Source: Utricularia gibba | Taxonomy: Eukaryota > Plantae > Magnoliophyta | DNA: 64,000 nucleotides | Reading direction: 5' to 3' | Assembly (NCBI GenBank): GCA_002189035.1 | Contig: CM007989.1 | Span: forward strand, 1,426,001 to 1,490,000 | In this document: one piece after another, positions 1 to 12,428 of the stretch | How positions within the stretch are numbered: the stretch's first letter is position 1 | Layout of the letters: every line of letters begins with the position of its first letter | Notes under the pieces: generated by a model | Seen by the model: only the letters and a program-made list of their open reading frames with translations | What the model was told of the DNA's origin: nothing | The model's database searches: none | Made by a program: the position numbers and the translations under genes

Positions 1-241
1 AATCCAAGTAAATCGAAGAAGAAGCCCTAGACTCGGAGTCCAACACCCATTATTTAAAAGCCACTGTCCTAACGAATTGAATGATGGGAGATGGAGAACT
101 TGTCCGCACAAACACGGAAACATCACCCCTCGCCCATGAAAAAGATGACACAGATGCGCACAAATGTTTCCACTTTTACCCACACACTAAAATAAAAAAA
201 GATTTTGCTTGGATTCATTACCGCTTGCTTTCCCTTCTTGT

Positions 242-260
242 GGGAGGGAGGGAGGGAGGG
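242..260 (+). repeat. (GGGA)n run with five GGG tracts
   Basis: Read directly: gggagggagggagggaggg. Confidence 0.9.
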
Positions 261-296
261 AAACCCTCATCCTCCTCCTCTGCCCTAAAAATAAAA

Positions 297-300
<4 letters not shown>

Positions 301-332
<32 letters not shown>
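301..332. repeat. (AT)16 microsatellite
   Basis: Perfect AT dinucleotide run read directly. Confidence 0.95.
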
Positions 333-336
<4 letters not shown>

Positions 337-589
337 GTATTATTGTTTTTTGGACATGTTTAAATGTAATAAATTATATTACAAGTCGGGTAAAGGCCGG
401 CCAATTGGAACTACATTTAGGAGGTGGAGAAACGACAGGCGGGTCTAGATGGAATTTACATTTTTCTCCCCGAAGAAAAAGTGCACAAAGTAAATATGAT
501 GAAAATTGAGAGCAACCTAATTAAAAAAAAATTACTACGAAATTACGATGGGACGACCCGGGACGGGACCCAGATCCGAAGCACCAAAA

Positions 590-1780
590 TCAGTTGAAGA
601 CCGACGGAACGACGCCGTATCTGGATCTGGGATCCGGTTCGGCGAGGAGGAGGCCGCCGACGGCCTCGTCGTCGGCGGTGGGGGTTCTTTTAGCGAACCG
701 GCCTTTCACTCTGGGCCTTGCTTCTGCGTACGCCTTACGTGATGCGTAGCGTATGGTCTTTTCAAATTTCCTTCTCTTTCTCTTCTCCTTGTACCTTAAA
801 ACCCTAGCTTCCCGGTCAACGTCGCCTTGATTCTTGGGGACGTCGATGCAGATGGATCGGGGAAATGGGTGGGATAATTCCGACATCGAGCTGCCGTCCG
901 GCACGACGCCGTAGTCGATCGACGGCGACGATACCTAGGCGAGGCAATCAAGAATAACTTCCCAAAACAAAAATAAAATAATAAAAATATTTTTAATTTC
1001 AACATATTACAGATAGGATAATTTTATTTTAATTAAAATATCTCAACGTGAGATTTCGTGTATGCAAATGGTTTTAATTTTATTTTTAAGAAAATTAAAA
1101 AATAGGTTTAAAAATCAGAGTGGAGAAAATGAGCTTACAGTGTAGCTAAGCGATGGATTGTTGTTGCTGGAGGCGTAGGAATTGAAGTGGGAAGGTGGAA
1201 ACTCAAGCTTGATGCCGTTCTCCGGCGAGAAATCCTGGAGAAGCCTGGCGGTGGCCGGCGGGGGTTCTGGAATAGGCCTGCAAGGAGCTACGCCCGGGTG
1301 CGATGAGATACTGTAGTAATCGAGATCGAGGAAATTTTGAGGCGAGTCGGAGTCCAGCAGCATCAGCTCAACAGGCTGAGGCGGCGCGTTAAACGCACCC
1401 ATCATCTTCTCGGCCGTGTGGTAGAACGCGGACAGAGACACGCGCTCGTGTCGACTGGCGAGTGGGTTCGCCGAGTGGATGTCGCTGTCGCAGGCGGAGC
1501 AGAGCGCTGCCGAATCGGCTTTGCAGGCGAGGACCGCGGGGCTCCGTTCGCAGACGTCGCATATCCAAACCCTTTCGTGGAGCGGTTTGTTGACGTGGAG
1601 CCTCGAGTCGCAGGAGACGCAGAAGAAAGCGGCATCGGACACGCAGAATAGAATCGCGGGGGCCGCGTCGCAGCAGCTGCACAGCTTCCTCCCCGGATTA
1701 TGGCCGCCGGGGAAGAATCTAGACCTGATGGCCGCGGCGGCTGCGGCTGCGGCGCCGTGGTCGACGGAGAAGATTCCCAT
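590..1780 (-). CDS. COL5: CONSTANS-like B-box/CCT zinc-finger protein (COL3/4/5 group)
   Basis: Exons 1780-1139 and 934-590, GT-AG phase-0 intron. Two B-boxes ([13 protein letters not shown]..., [16 protein letters not shown]...), CCT domain ([31 protein letters not shown]) and C-terminal YGVVPS motif. Confidence 0.93.
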
Positions 1781-4700
1781 AGTCGTTCGGAAGGTGTAAG
1801 CAAGATCTGTTTCTATTATGCGAGTTAAAGAGAGGGGGAGACACATCCCCCCCTGTGGGGTTAACACGTGACACTTCCACGCCATTAATTTATGTTATCA
1901 ATCCACTGGGATCGTCAACTCGATCAGTTCAATTTTCTGAAACCCTCCCTCCAGCTACAAGAATGAATTAGTGACTTAATCCCCCTTTATTAGCTGATTA
2001 GAAACGACATCTGTCAGTTGTGTTTTGCTCATCCTTCTGTTGGATATAACTACAAAAGACGCCCAAAACCGAGTAAACAGATCAGGCTACTTTTCTCCAT
2101 CACCCATCTCAGGAAAGCTTCCACTGATCAAAAAAGAAGAACCCCAAATGGATTAACTAGGTCGAGGCACTACGTGAGAGTTGAATCCAGCTTCGTTATT
2201 ACAAACCCTTATTTCTCTAAATCCGATGTGGGTTTGGTTCAATCCAATATGTTTCACGTTTGTGCCCGTGTGAAAAACTGGGTCCTGAGGTGAAAATGGT
2301 ATGTTGCCTTTTGCCGAAAGTGTCTGTTCTTTGTTGGATATTTTTATTTATTGGTATTTGTTGCGTTCGCTGTTTTCACGCCAACCCAAAATCTCTCAGA
2401 CAACTTGGCAAATGGTTGCCCAGTTTTAGTAACACAGGAAGGAACCGTAAATCAATCAGCCCCTCCCTCCATTGCTGTGTTCTTGGTTATCATTTCAATG
2501 TCTGGGTGTTACGGAAATTGAAGGAAGCCCGAGGAATGAATAATTGAGAGCCAAGAGGCGAGAGGATTAAAAGTTCTAGGGCGAAAGCATTATTCACAAT
2601 AACTTACTGCGAACCCTAATGCTAAATCATCGTCTGCGACAGCCTAGTTCTGGGTCCGGGGCTGATTAAATGCAGCCATGATGCCTGATGGGGCGAGTCC
2701 TTCCATGGCTCCCGAGCGAGCACACAACTACAATACGCGAATTGAATTCCTTATTTCTTTCTTCCTTTGTTGGAAGACAAAGGAACAGCACTGTTCTCTA
2801 AGCCAGCCGCAGGAAAGAAACACAATCTTTTCACTTGATTACCAGCCAGCCATTCCTCCTCTGCGTCTATGTATGTATACCTAGGATCTGAGTGAGCTCG
2901 GGGAGCCATTATGGTGTGGCAATAACTACATGAGGCGGGCGATCAAGAGGTCGCCTGCCTGTGTGTATTGTCTTTACCTCTCCTTGGAAGGGCGCTTGAA
3001 CGTGACAGTTGCTCTGACAACAAGGATAAGGTTTTTTAATCAGGTAATCGGAATGAATAGTAGTGGAGGGTGGTTGGATAGGAACCCCAGTACAATTGAT
3101 GTAGGGGACAACGACTCCTCATCAATTATGCAACCAAAGCAAGCACTACGCCTACTTTACCGGCTTCATTCCCAGTCCACTTCCTCCATTCTTGAAACCA
3201 ACCAACCAATCGGGACTTGAGCTTCAGATCCCCTCCTCCAGCTAAAACCACACACACATTCACATCTTTTCATTCTACTTGCATACCATAGACTGATTTT
3301 GAAAAAGGACTTGTGTCAAAACAGTGTGTGAAAAAAGTACTCATGTCATGTGTAATTTTTTATATGTGTTAAGATGAAGTTTATCGGTATGTTTGTTAAG
3401 CTCATAAAATCATGTTTTACCCATAAAACTCAAGTATATAATAAATATAAATTATATTAGATAAGATTAAACATAAACGATTATTATTGATACACAATAT
3501 ATTATATAATTGACTAGTTTAATTTCAAGTTTTGATGTGTGATTATTTCTTTTAATGATACAAATATATGACTAAAATACTATTTTGTGTTTCATATAGT
3601 TAAAGAAGAAATACAATTCTTTTGCAAAGTACCAATGTATTCAATAGTGTACATAAAATATACATAGTTATTAACACATGTACAGTTAGAAGGATAAAGT
3701 GTTTAATTGTGTTATTTAAATATATTGAGAAATATTTCAATAGGGGAATGTGAATGAGACTAAATAGAATGATATTTGATTAATAAAATATAAATAGAAT
3801 GATAAATGTTTTTTTACATTGAAAAATAATTATAAATTCACCATTTTTTAATATAACTAAATAGAGAAGAAGTTTAGGGTAACAATACTAAATGAGTCAT
3901 TTGATAAATAACGGTGAGATTGGCATATGCTGAACTTCAAGGACATTAAATCCCAATGTCAATTCTTTTTAAATATTATTCCACATAATAAATATAAAAT
4001 ATAAATATATTTATTAATATTTTATATTTAATATCACCAATTACACACATCCAATCGAAATATGAATGAACAACAAAACATATTTCATTTAACTTTTAGG
4101 AAAGGACATTTGGGGTGTATTAAAAATATGGTCATCCTCGCTTAAACATGAGAGATAATTAAATATTCTTAATTAAAAAAATTGGTTGAATATGTGAGAG
4201 AGAATGAAAGTATGACTACATTTGTAAATGAATCTGATATTTGGTTTCTATGTGCATTTGTTCTCAACACACACATTCTATCCAACTTATAATCAAATAT
4301 TTGAGTGCTCAAAAACCTCGGACGGTAGGGTTTTTGGTGCCGCAGGTTCGAATCTCCGATGCGTTGTTCTAAAGAAGCGTACGTTAGTGAAGTCGCCGCA
4401 TGCGCTTGTTAGAGAAAAGCAGATATTTTTGCGATCCAAGGGGGATGTATCTGTCCAGTTTTGTGTGTGGTTCGAGCTCGCCCACGTCTGTCTTGTTAGA
4501 GCAGATATTATTATTATTATCGAGTATTAATTCGAATTTTCAAATATTTAATAAATAAACAATAAAACCCAATAAAAAAGAGCAACTCCCGTAACGAGAA
4601 GATTATTTTATCCTTTTCGCGGTGGCCAAAAAGGCATCGCCTTTATGCAATAAAAGATGCACCTTTTAATTAATGTCCCATAAAAAAATAAGTCATGTCA

Positions 4701-5425
4701 GGTTTAATATTGAAAATTTTACACCATATAATAATATTGTACGGTACATGTATTATCAAAAACGAATGACCTTGAAATAAATTTCGCATATACCAAATAT
4801 TCAAAGGAGAAATATTTGATTCTAAAATATTTTTATACAAAGAGAATGTTTTTATAATGCGAAAACTTTGTTACTCGATTCCCTATTTTGCTATTTTCTA
4901 CATGAAATGACGAATTTACCCCTGACGAAATGATAGTTGGGATTTTGACATGATGTTGTTTTGGAGTGTTTTCATACGTCACAGGACAGGGAGGATGGGC
5001 CCTTCCGCGCAGAACAATTTAGAGAGGAGAAGAGGCAAGCGTCGGGGTCTCAGCATCGACTGCTTCGGACACAACTGTCCCCACATGACCTTGCGCCACA
5101 TGCGACCACGGGGCACATTTGCCCCTTTCGACGGATCTGACCACGGTGGTCATGAGTTCCAGTTCGTCGGAAGATGATGATCATATGTATCCCCCATTCG
5201 GATTCGTTTCTGTGGAGTTTATGGGAGTTGTGTGTTTTCTTGGTGTGATTTTTTTTCACGTCCCCCATGTTCCCGTGTGACCCCTTTTAAGATTTCTGTT
5301 ATTTTATTGTTTAGATTCGAGTACACCACACATCCACACAGAGATATTGTGTTTTGGAATGGAAGCCATATGTTCTTCTGAGGTTTATGAGGTAAAACCC
5401 AGGGAATCCTCTTCCTCATTCTGGT

Positions 5426-6744
5426 TTACTGCTGCATACCGTATTCCATGAGAAAGATTTCATCCGACTGATGAACCGAATGCGAGTCCAAGAACGAGCA
5501 GTTGGTCCCCAATTCGGCGGACCAGTACCCCAACTCCTCATTCGATCCATCTGTTTCGTCAATCCTATCGTTTCCTGGCATCACCATCTCCGTGCTACCA
5601 AAGCTGTAGTCCAGTAGGTCGTGAATGTCACTTTGGATAAACCCTGGATTAGGCTGATCATCGACATTTGGAAGATTGTGGGGCGTTGGATCTTTAAATT
5701 GATCATGGCCGTAAAACTTTGGCAGCATTGGCTTCGGCTTAGGCCAGTCGCACATTGGTAGAGGATCGTTGCTTTGGAGCTGCATGTGAAGCTGAAGCCT
5801 CTCCATAGCTGAGTTGCTCAAACTGCTATTGTCTTCTTCTCCTCCTACTCCTCCATTGGTTGATACCGACGCTTGTCGTCGCTGTCCAAGCAATTTTTTC
5901 TTTAGCCTCGTGTTCCAGTAGTTCTTGACATCGTTGTCTGTTCTTCCCGGAAGCTGAGCCGCGATGATCGACCACCTACGATCGCATCAACTAGTTGATG
6001 AATTTTTGCAAGAAACATAACAAACGCTTTGTTCACAGTAGCCATGCAAAACACTGAACAAAACAAAATTTCAATTCAATGAAAATGTAGCCTTCTGTCT
6101 GAATATGAACTTACTAAATGCAGGAATGTTCTATGTGACAAGTACTTGGTACCTTTTTGGTGAAAATCCATCAGACCACATCATGTTTTCTTGAATAGTG
6201 TGTATACATAACTCATAAGGGCACATTTTATTGAAAATACTAATGTATACGTAACTCATACAGCTACAGAAAGGGTCTGTGTGCAGTGTTGAATGTAGCC
6301 ATCATATAAGCAGCTATTTGGACGTGGTTTCAACCCCTGAAACACATTCATTTTAGTGCATAGAAGGAAACCTGCTTCCAATACTGATGTATAAGCTTGA
6401 AATGATACCATCTTCTTCTTCAGTAAACCCACCATGCTTTATATTAGGTCTCAGGTAGTTAAGCCATCTAAGCCGACAGCTCTTCCCACATCTCTTCAAC
6501 CCTGCACAAGTACTCGATTCGGGTTCAATAGAAGAACATGATGAAATCACCTCACCCGATGATTACATGAATTTGTTAAGTGATCCTAAAGGGTAGTTCC
6601 AGCAAAACCTATTTTTGCAGGAAGAGCAATCCAATTGCCGCCAGTGCCATATTTCTCTATATGCTCCTTGAGCTTAGCGTCCTCCTCTGGAGACCATGGC
6701 CCCTTCTTCACATTATCTTTGTCACAGCAAGGCGCTCTTCCCAT
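5426..6744 (-). CDS. MYB36: R2R3-MYB transcription factor, subgroup 14 (MYB36/RAX-like)
   Basis: Exons 6744-6609, 6501-6372 (canonical 130 nt), 5975-5426. [22 protein letters not shown]...[10 protein letters not shown] and [30 protein letters not shown]. Exact orthologue name is inferred. Confidence 0.9.
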
Positions 6745-8026
6745 CTCCTGGCTCCTCCCAACTGCCTTGCTTCCTTCCTCGGGAAGAATTTATAGGTCAG
6801 ATGATGACGTGTCAACCCAAGAAAGTTCTACCTTAGCAGCCACCTCAACTCTTCACAGGCCTCTGCTGATTCCCAGCTCCTCCAATGGGGGTTTTGGATG
6901 AGTTCAGAGTCGAAAATGACTCCAATCAGAAGCCAGAGTAATTGAACTAGATGGGGAGAAGACAAAGACGAAGATATTTTTTTTCTTTGGGAAAAGAATA
7001 TCTCGTAAAGTAATGATTTTTATATACTCCGGCGGACATGGCCTTGTGTTTGTCCCAGAGTTGGCATGGGAATCCGCCTCTCCTCTTTCCATTCACGCTG
7101 CAGCTTCTTCTACGTCAGCGTAGAAGACCCGGGCCCACACTTGTCCAAACTGTGATCATCATTCCTGTTGTGAAATTTGTGTAGTGTCGGTGTGACATTA
7201 TTGATTTGGATTTTGGAGGATAAGACTGACCGTACACATGGCTGAAACAAATTTGCTAATCAGAGAATGCCACCAAAAAAAAATTAGAAATATCCAGATT
7301 GGGCCTCGGGTCCGGCCCTAACCGGACTTAAATGCCCTTGCTCTACCCATTATCTATTTCCATTTTGTTTTTCAATTTAAATATTCCTCGTCTGAATGAA
7401 AAAAAAAATCGAATATGTCTTTTTAGCACATCGTTTTAAAAATGTATATTTTAAATTAGATTATATTTATTAAATGTGTTCAAAATGGATGAACAAGAGA
7501 TAATAAACAAAACTGATTTAATTGAAAAAAATCCAGTAAGAGAATTTTTTTTTTCAAATACATGATTTGAATAATCATGCATTTATTTTACAAATTATGT
7601 ATAAAAATGCATCAATTAAAAGGATATAATTATTAAGACATGCTTGCTTAAAAGATGCAAACAAACCTACCAAATACTTATATTTTCAGTTTCACTTCTC
7701 CCCAAAAACATGTGTGTGGGTGACAATCAAAATTAGAAACTCCACTAGAAATCTGAGATAAAGTCCATGTGCACAAATTGACAATATTATGTACAAAAGC
7801 TGGTGTACTCCAGCTTCACAAAATCAGACTCTTCACACCAATTGGGGAAAAATAATCATAAATCCAAAATAAAATTAAAAAAAAAAAGAGTTTCAGTTGG
7901 CATAAGCATACAAAATAAGAATATGCCATTTCCACTCCACCAGCAAGACTTTTACCTCAAGCCTCCTGTATTTTTTTTCTAAACTTTGAAAAAAAAAATT
8001 GAAAAATCAATTGATGGATGAATCAA

Positions 8027-8398
8027 TCAAGGCGATCGCTGCGAATCAAAGCTATTGCTCCTCAAGTACCGTAGCTCCAGCGAAACCTGCCTCTCCAGTT
8101 GAAGCTGCTTGTAAAAATTGGCAATGAAAACGTCAGCTCGTTTGTCCACGTCATCCTCCAATTGGAAGCTGATCGTTCTCTGGAGGCTCACCGCCGATCC
8201 TGGCTCCTCCACCGATTCCATGTCCTCGAAGACTGCCGTCAAGCCCCGTCGAATAGGTAGGCTGAGTCTTCTCTTGCTGCCCAGGGATCCGATGATCGGC
8301 GCGAGCTTCCATTTGTTGACGGTGAGATCCAGAAGGATCTTGATCTTGTTGACGGCCTGCTTCAGGCGTCCGATCACCGATCGCCGTCCCGTCGTCAT
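8027..8398 (-). CDS. DUF761 / cotton-fibre-expressed family small protein
   Basis: Single exon with the C-terminal family motif EDDVDKRADVFIANFYKQLQLERQVSLELRY. Start taken at MTTGRR (8398); the ORF is open further upstream. Confidence 0.85.
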   Translation of the reverse strand: MTTGRRSVIGRLKQAVNKIKILLDLTVNKWKLAPIIGSLGSKRRLSLPIRRGLTAVFEDMESVEEPGSAVSLQRTISFQLEDDVDKRADVFIANFYKQLQLERQVSLELRYLRSNSFDSQRSP

Positions 8399-10928
8399 GT
8401 CCGATGCGTGCGCCGAAAGGAGGGTTTTCAAAATATGTGGTGGAATTTAGGTATAAAGGCATCGGGTATTTATGCACAAGGGATGCTTGTGAAGCCCGCC
8501 GCGGAAGTTGACATACACTGCTTCCGAGAACTGCCGAATGACAGCTGGATAATTAATTTCATAAATGGTGATATATTTTTTTTCAACGACATGACCGCTG
8601 AAATTTTGTTACAACCGTGTAGCGTCTAATTCTGGTAAAAATCATGATTAAAAAAATTTAATTATTATTCAATCAAATTTAAATTAGCTTTTATAATAAA
8701 TGATTTACTATACAAAACGATATAATCATAATTATATAATGATGATTTAATATCTTCAAAGTGCAATTAATGAAGAATATATGGTCAAGATTTAGAAATA
8801 GAACATAGTAACCGTCGTCACATGCAAAACATTGAATACTCCTTTTTCTCAGCCCCATGTCAACGCAAGGATGGGGTCGTTGATTGCAATTACAGCTTTA
8901 TCTCGGGGTCATCACGTAATTTCAAAAAGTAAGAGCCCCAGATGCGAATTTATTATAAAGATAATTTGAATAATCAGGAAGCATGCTACCATGCTTCGAA
9001 TCATTAAAGCAATGTTGCTTTCGTGCACGACTTCAGGTTCACAAGGCAGTCAGTCCGTACCACTCACGAAACTCGTATTCTGAAAAAGTCAACTATTTAT
9101 GACTTTTTTTTCTCTACAGAATCTGCAGTGGAAGCCCCGTGGGAATGGAGACCGGGGGTCTTCTGGGAAGCTTGACCTTCTTCGCTACATTGTTGCATGG
9201 AATGTTCTGGAAACATCGGTGAAGATCCCAGCATGCCTTTGTTTTCGCGATGCAATGGAACGAGAGTTGCGATCAGATATTGGAACGGGAAGAAAGGTGT
9301 TGAAGAGAAAGAGCTGTAGCTGCTCCTGAGTGACTTCATTGCTGTAGAAGCTGATCTTCCCTGTCTGGAAATTGCATCAGCAAACTTGTCGGGACAGCAC
9401 TGTGATCTAACGCGCCATCCATTCAGGATGATATTCCCATCAGAGAAGAAATGATGAATGACAGGATTGAACAGCGCCACCCTCCCGACCGTCAAAAAGA
9501 TTCACCATATGCGAACTGATACAAAAAGAACAATAAACAATAGAGAAAACGTGATAATCTATTGCTCTTGATCCTGGACAAATGCCTTCAATAAACATGG
9601 TAACTAAGATATGTCATCTAGTTGTCCGTATCTCAATTCCGGCATCTTTCAACAATCCACGATTTGATATCATCCTCAAATCCATGTCTCGGATGCCTGA
9701 GAACAGCAATCCAGCTTCCTCTGCGTGATGAAAGAGGGGGTTGTAGCTGGGTGGAAATACTCTTGGAGGAGCCAAGAAGAAGAAGCCACCGTCACCGGCA
9801 TGAATGAAGCAGTGAAGGGAGTCTGTTCATCACGGAATTCCATGCAAAAATCGGTTTTTTTTATTTTTCCGTACGATTGTTAAATATTGATCTATTTATT
9901 TGCTTTATTGGACAGAAAAAAGGTAAAAAGCGAACATTTTCAATGGGCTTAGCTGGCTCCAGCTCAGCGCAGCACACAGCTTGTGCTGGGGTGACGTGGC
10001 GCTAGAACACTCCTCCAATTCCCTTAATGTTTTTTTCATTTCAATAAAATATAAGATATCCGGATTTTTCTACATTCATCTTGAATTTATTAAAAAAAAC
10101 TCATTTATTTGGAATTTTACGAAATACAAATTAATTAGTATTAATTTTTTAGAAATAATTACAAAAAAGAAGCACCTGTGGTAGTTGAACAACTCAGCAC
10201 TTTTCTTAGCTTTCTGGAGCCCACCAGAAAACGAATCATCCAAAGAGGCCAACTGCACCAGGCCAGGCCACTGGCCAGCCCGCCATTTTTGACTACAGAG
10301 AAATATCTGAATCGAGATTTAATAAGGAAACTATATTTATATAATAATATATTTTTAAATTCAAATTTAAAATAATAAAATTTATAAGGAAAGAAGATAG
10401 ATATTGAATAATTAAAATGACATATAATTAAAATATTATTTACTTTAATTGTAACAGACACGCTAGCAATTTGGATGTTGCTATGGAATGTTTGATATAG
10501 ATATGTTTTTTAAAATATATGTAAATTCATTATAATCATGTTTAGAAAAATTCACCCAAGCTATCAGTTTTTGAATATATTAATAAAAATAATATTATTT
10601 TAAATATACAGATAAAAAAATTATCAAATAAATTTCAATTTTAATCAAATGATGTATGTAAATTTAAATATCAATAACTCAAATATATAACGAATTGACC
10701 TATACAACCAAATGTCTAGTCACATTTAGAAGAAATGGCTAAAGGGGTCATTAGCATGGGAATCTTGTCTGGGAGAAAAATGCAGATCTTTGGAAATCTG
10801 ATTTTTTTTATTAAATAAAGCTGTTGCATTATTTAATTTAGACATTAAAAACAGAACTAAACAGTTCTGGTACAATCTTAAGTGATTTTCGTTTCCCACT
10901 CATCGGAAAAGCTCTCTAGATTTCGCCT

Positions 10929-12428
10929 ATGAAGGAGCTTCTGACGACGGTGGCGTCGATGATGGGAGCGTGGGCTTTCTTGCAGAGCCTTTTAAGCGCC
11001 GTTTTTCCACCGGAGGTCCGTTTCGCTGCCGTCAAATTCTTCAGGCAATTCTTCACTTACCTTTCGTCTTACTGCTACTATGATATCACGGAGATCGATG
11101 GTGTCAACACCAACGAGCTCTACAACGCCGTCCAGATTTACCTTAGCTCCTCTGCCTGTGTCTCCGGGACGCGTCTTAGCCTTACCCGCGGTTTGAACTC
11201 CTCCGCCATCACTTTCGGCCTGGCGAACAACGACCGCCTTGTGGATAACTACCAGGGAGTTAGCGTGGAGTGGGAGCACATCGTTTCGGCGAGGCAGGCG
11301 CAGAGTTTCACTTGGCGGCCGTTGCCGGAGGAGAAAAGGGGATTTGTGCTACGGGTGAGGAAAAACGACAAACATCTGGTGCTCAATTCTTATCTTGATT
11401 TCGTGACGGAGAAAGCGAATGAATTGCGGCGCAAAAATCAAGATCGGCTGCTGTACACTAATTCTAGAGGTGGGTCTTTGGACTCGAGGGGCCATCCCTG
11501 GGAGTCTGTACCGTTCAAGCACCCAAGTACCTTCGACACTTTGGCCATGGACCCCCTGAAGAAATCAGAAATCATGGCGGATCTTCAAGATTTCGTGGAC
11601 GGCGAAGCGTTTTACCGGAAAACTGGGCGTGCTTGGAAACGTGGGTATTTGCTGTACGGCCCTCCGGGAACAGGGAAATCAAGCATGATCGCAGCTATGG
11701 CGAATTTCCTGGGATATGATATCTACGATCTGGAATTGACAGAAGTGAGTACCAACTCGGAATTGAGAAAGCTCCTGATGAAAACTACTTCGAAATCAAT
11801 AATCGTTATCGAAGACATCGATTGCTCCATCAGCTTAACCAACAGGTTGAACAATTCCGGCAGCGGAGGCAACGGTAATGGACGACGGAGCTCTTACGAC
11901 GTAACGGCGCCCCCAGCTGACGATAAACCGAGCACAATTACTTTGTCCGGGCTACTGAATTTCACAGATGGTTTATGGTCCTGCTGCGGCAGTGAACGGA
12001 TTTTTGTGTTCACTACGAACCATATCGAAAAGCTTGATCCGGCGTTGCTGAGAAGCGGAAGAATGGACATGCACATTCATATGAGCTACTGCTCTTTCCA
12101 GTCTCTGATAATACTAGTCAAAAACTATCTTGGGTACCAGGAGGGCGATCTGCCCGTTGGGATCATACTGGAGGAGATGGAGTCAGTCGTGGATTCTGCG
12201 ATGATTACTCCGGCAGATGTGAGTGAGTTGCTGATCAAGCACCGGCGTGATAGGAAGAAGGCTATCGATGAGCTAATGAAGGAACTTCGAATGAGAGGTG
12301 AACAGAACAGGATTAAACAGAAGATTGGGAATGTGGATCATGTGGAAGATGAAGAGGAGGAGAAACGGCCGCTGGAAAACTCCGATAACGTTTCCTCCGG
12401 CGACGACGACGAGAAGAGGGATGATTAA
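10929..12428 (+). CDS. BCS1-clade AAA-ATPase
   Basis: Intronless 499-aa ORF. Walker A GPPGTGKS, Walker B IIVIEDIDCS, PSTFDTLAMDP, LDPALLRSGRMDMHI. Confidence 0.95.
   Translation: MKELLTTVASMMGAWAFLQSLLSAVFPPEVRFAAVKFFRQFFTYLSSYCYYDITEIDGVNTNELYNAVQIYLSSSACVSGTRLSLTRGLNSSAITFGLANNDRLVDNYQGVSVEWEHIVSARQAQSFTWRPLPEEKRGFVLRVRKNDKHLVLNSYLDFVTEKANELRRKNQDRLLYTNSRGGSLDSRGHPWESVPFKHPSTFDTLAMDPLKKSEIMADLQDFVDGEAFYRKTGRAWKRGYLLYGPPGTGKSSMIAAMANFLGYDIYDLELTEVSTNSELRKLLMKTTSKSIIVIEDIDCSISLTNRLNNSGSGGNGNGRRSSYDVTAPPADDKPSTITLSGLLNFTDGLWSCCGSERIFVFTTNHIEKLDPALLRSGRMDMHIHMSYCSFQSLIILVKNYLGYQEGDLPVGIILEEMESVVDSAMITPADVSELLIKHRRDRKKAIDELMKELRMRGEQNRIKQKIGNVDHVEDEEEEKRPLENSDNVSSGDDDEKRDD

Noticed and set aside
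1948-3244. Mutator-like element suggested by the 10-bp direct repeat
   Set aside because: No terminal inverted repeats inside the direct repeat and no transposase remnant.
7106-7127. Perfect 9-bp hairpin (tcttctacg-tcag-cgtagaaga) upstream of MYB36
   Set aside because: A short palindrome of this size can arise by chance in 64 kb, and plant Pol II genes do not use intrinsic terminators. At most it is a TGACGT-type motif.
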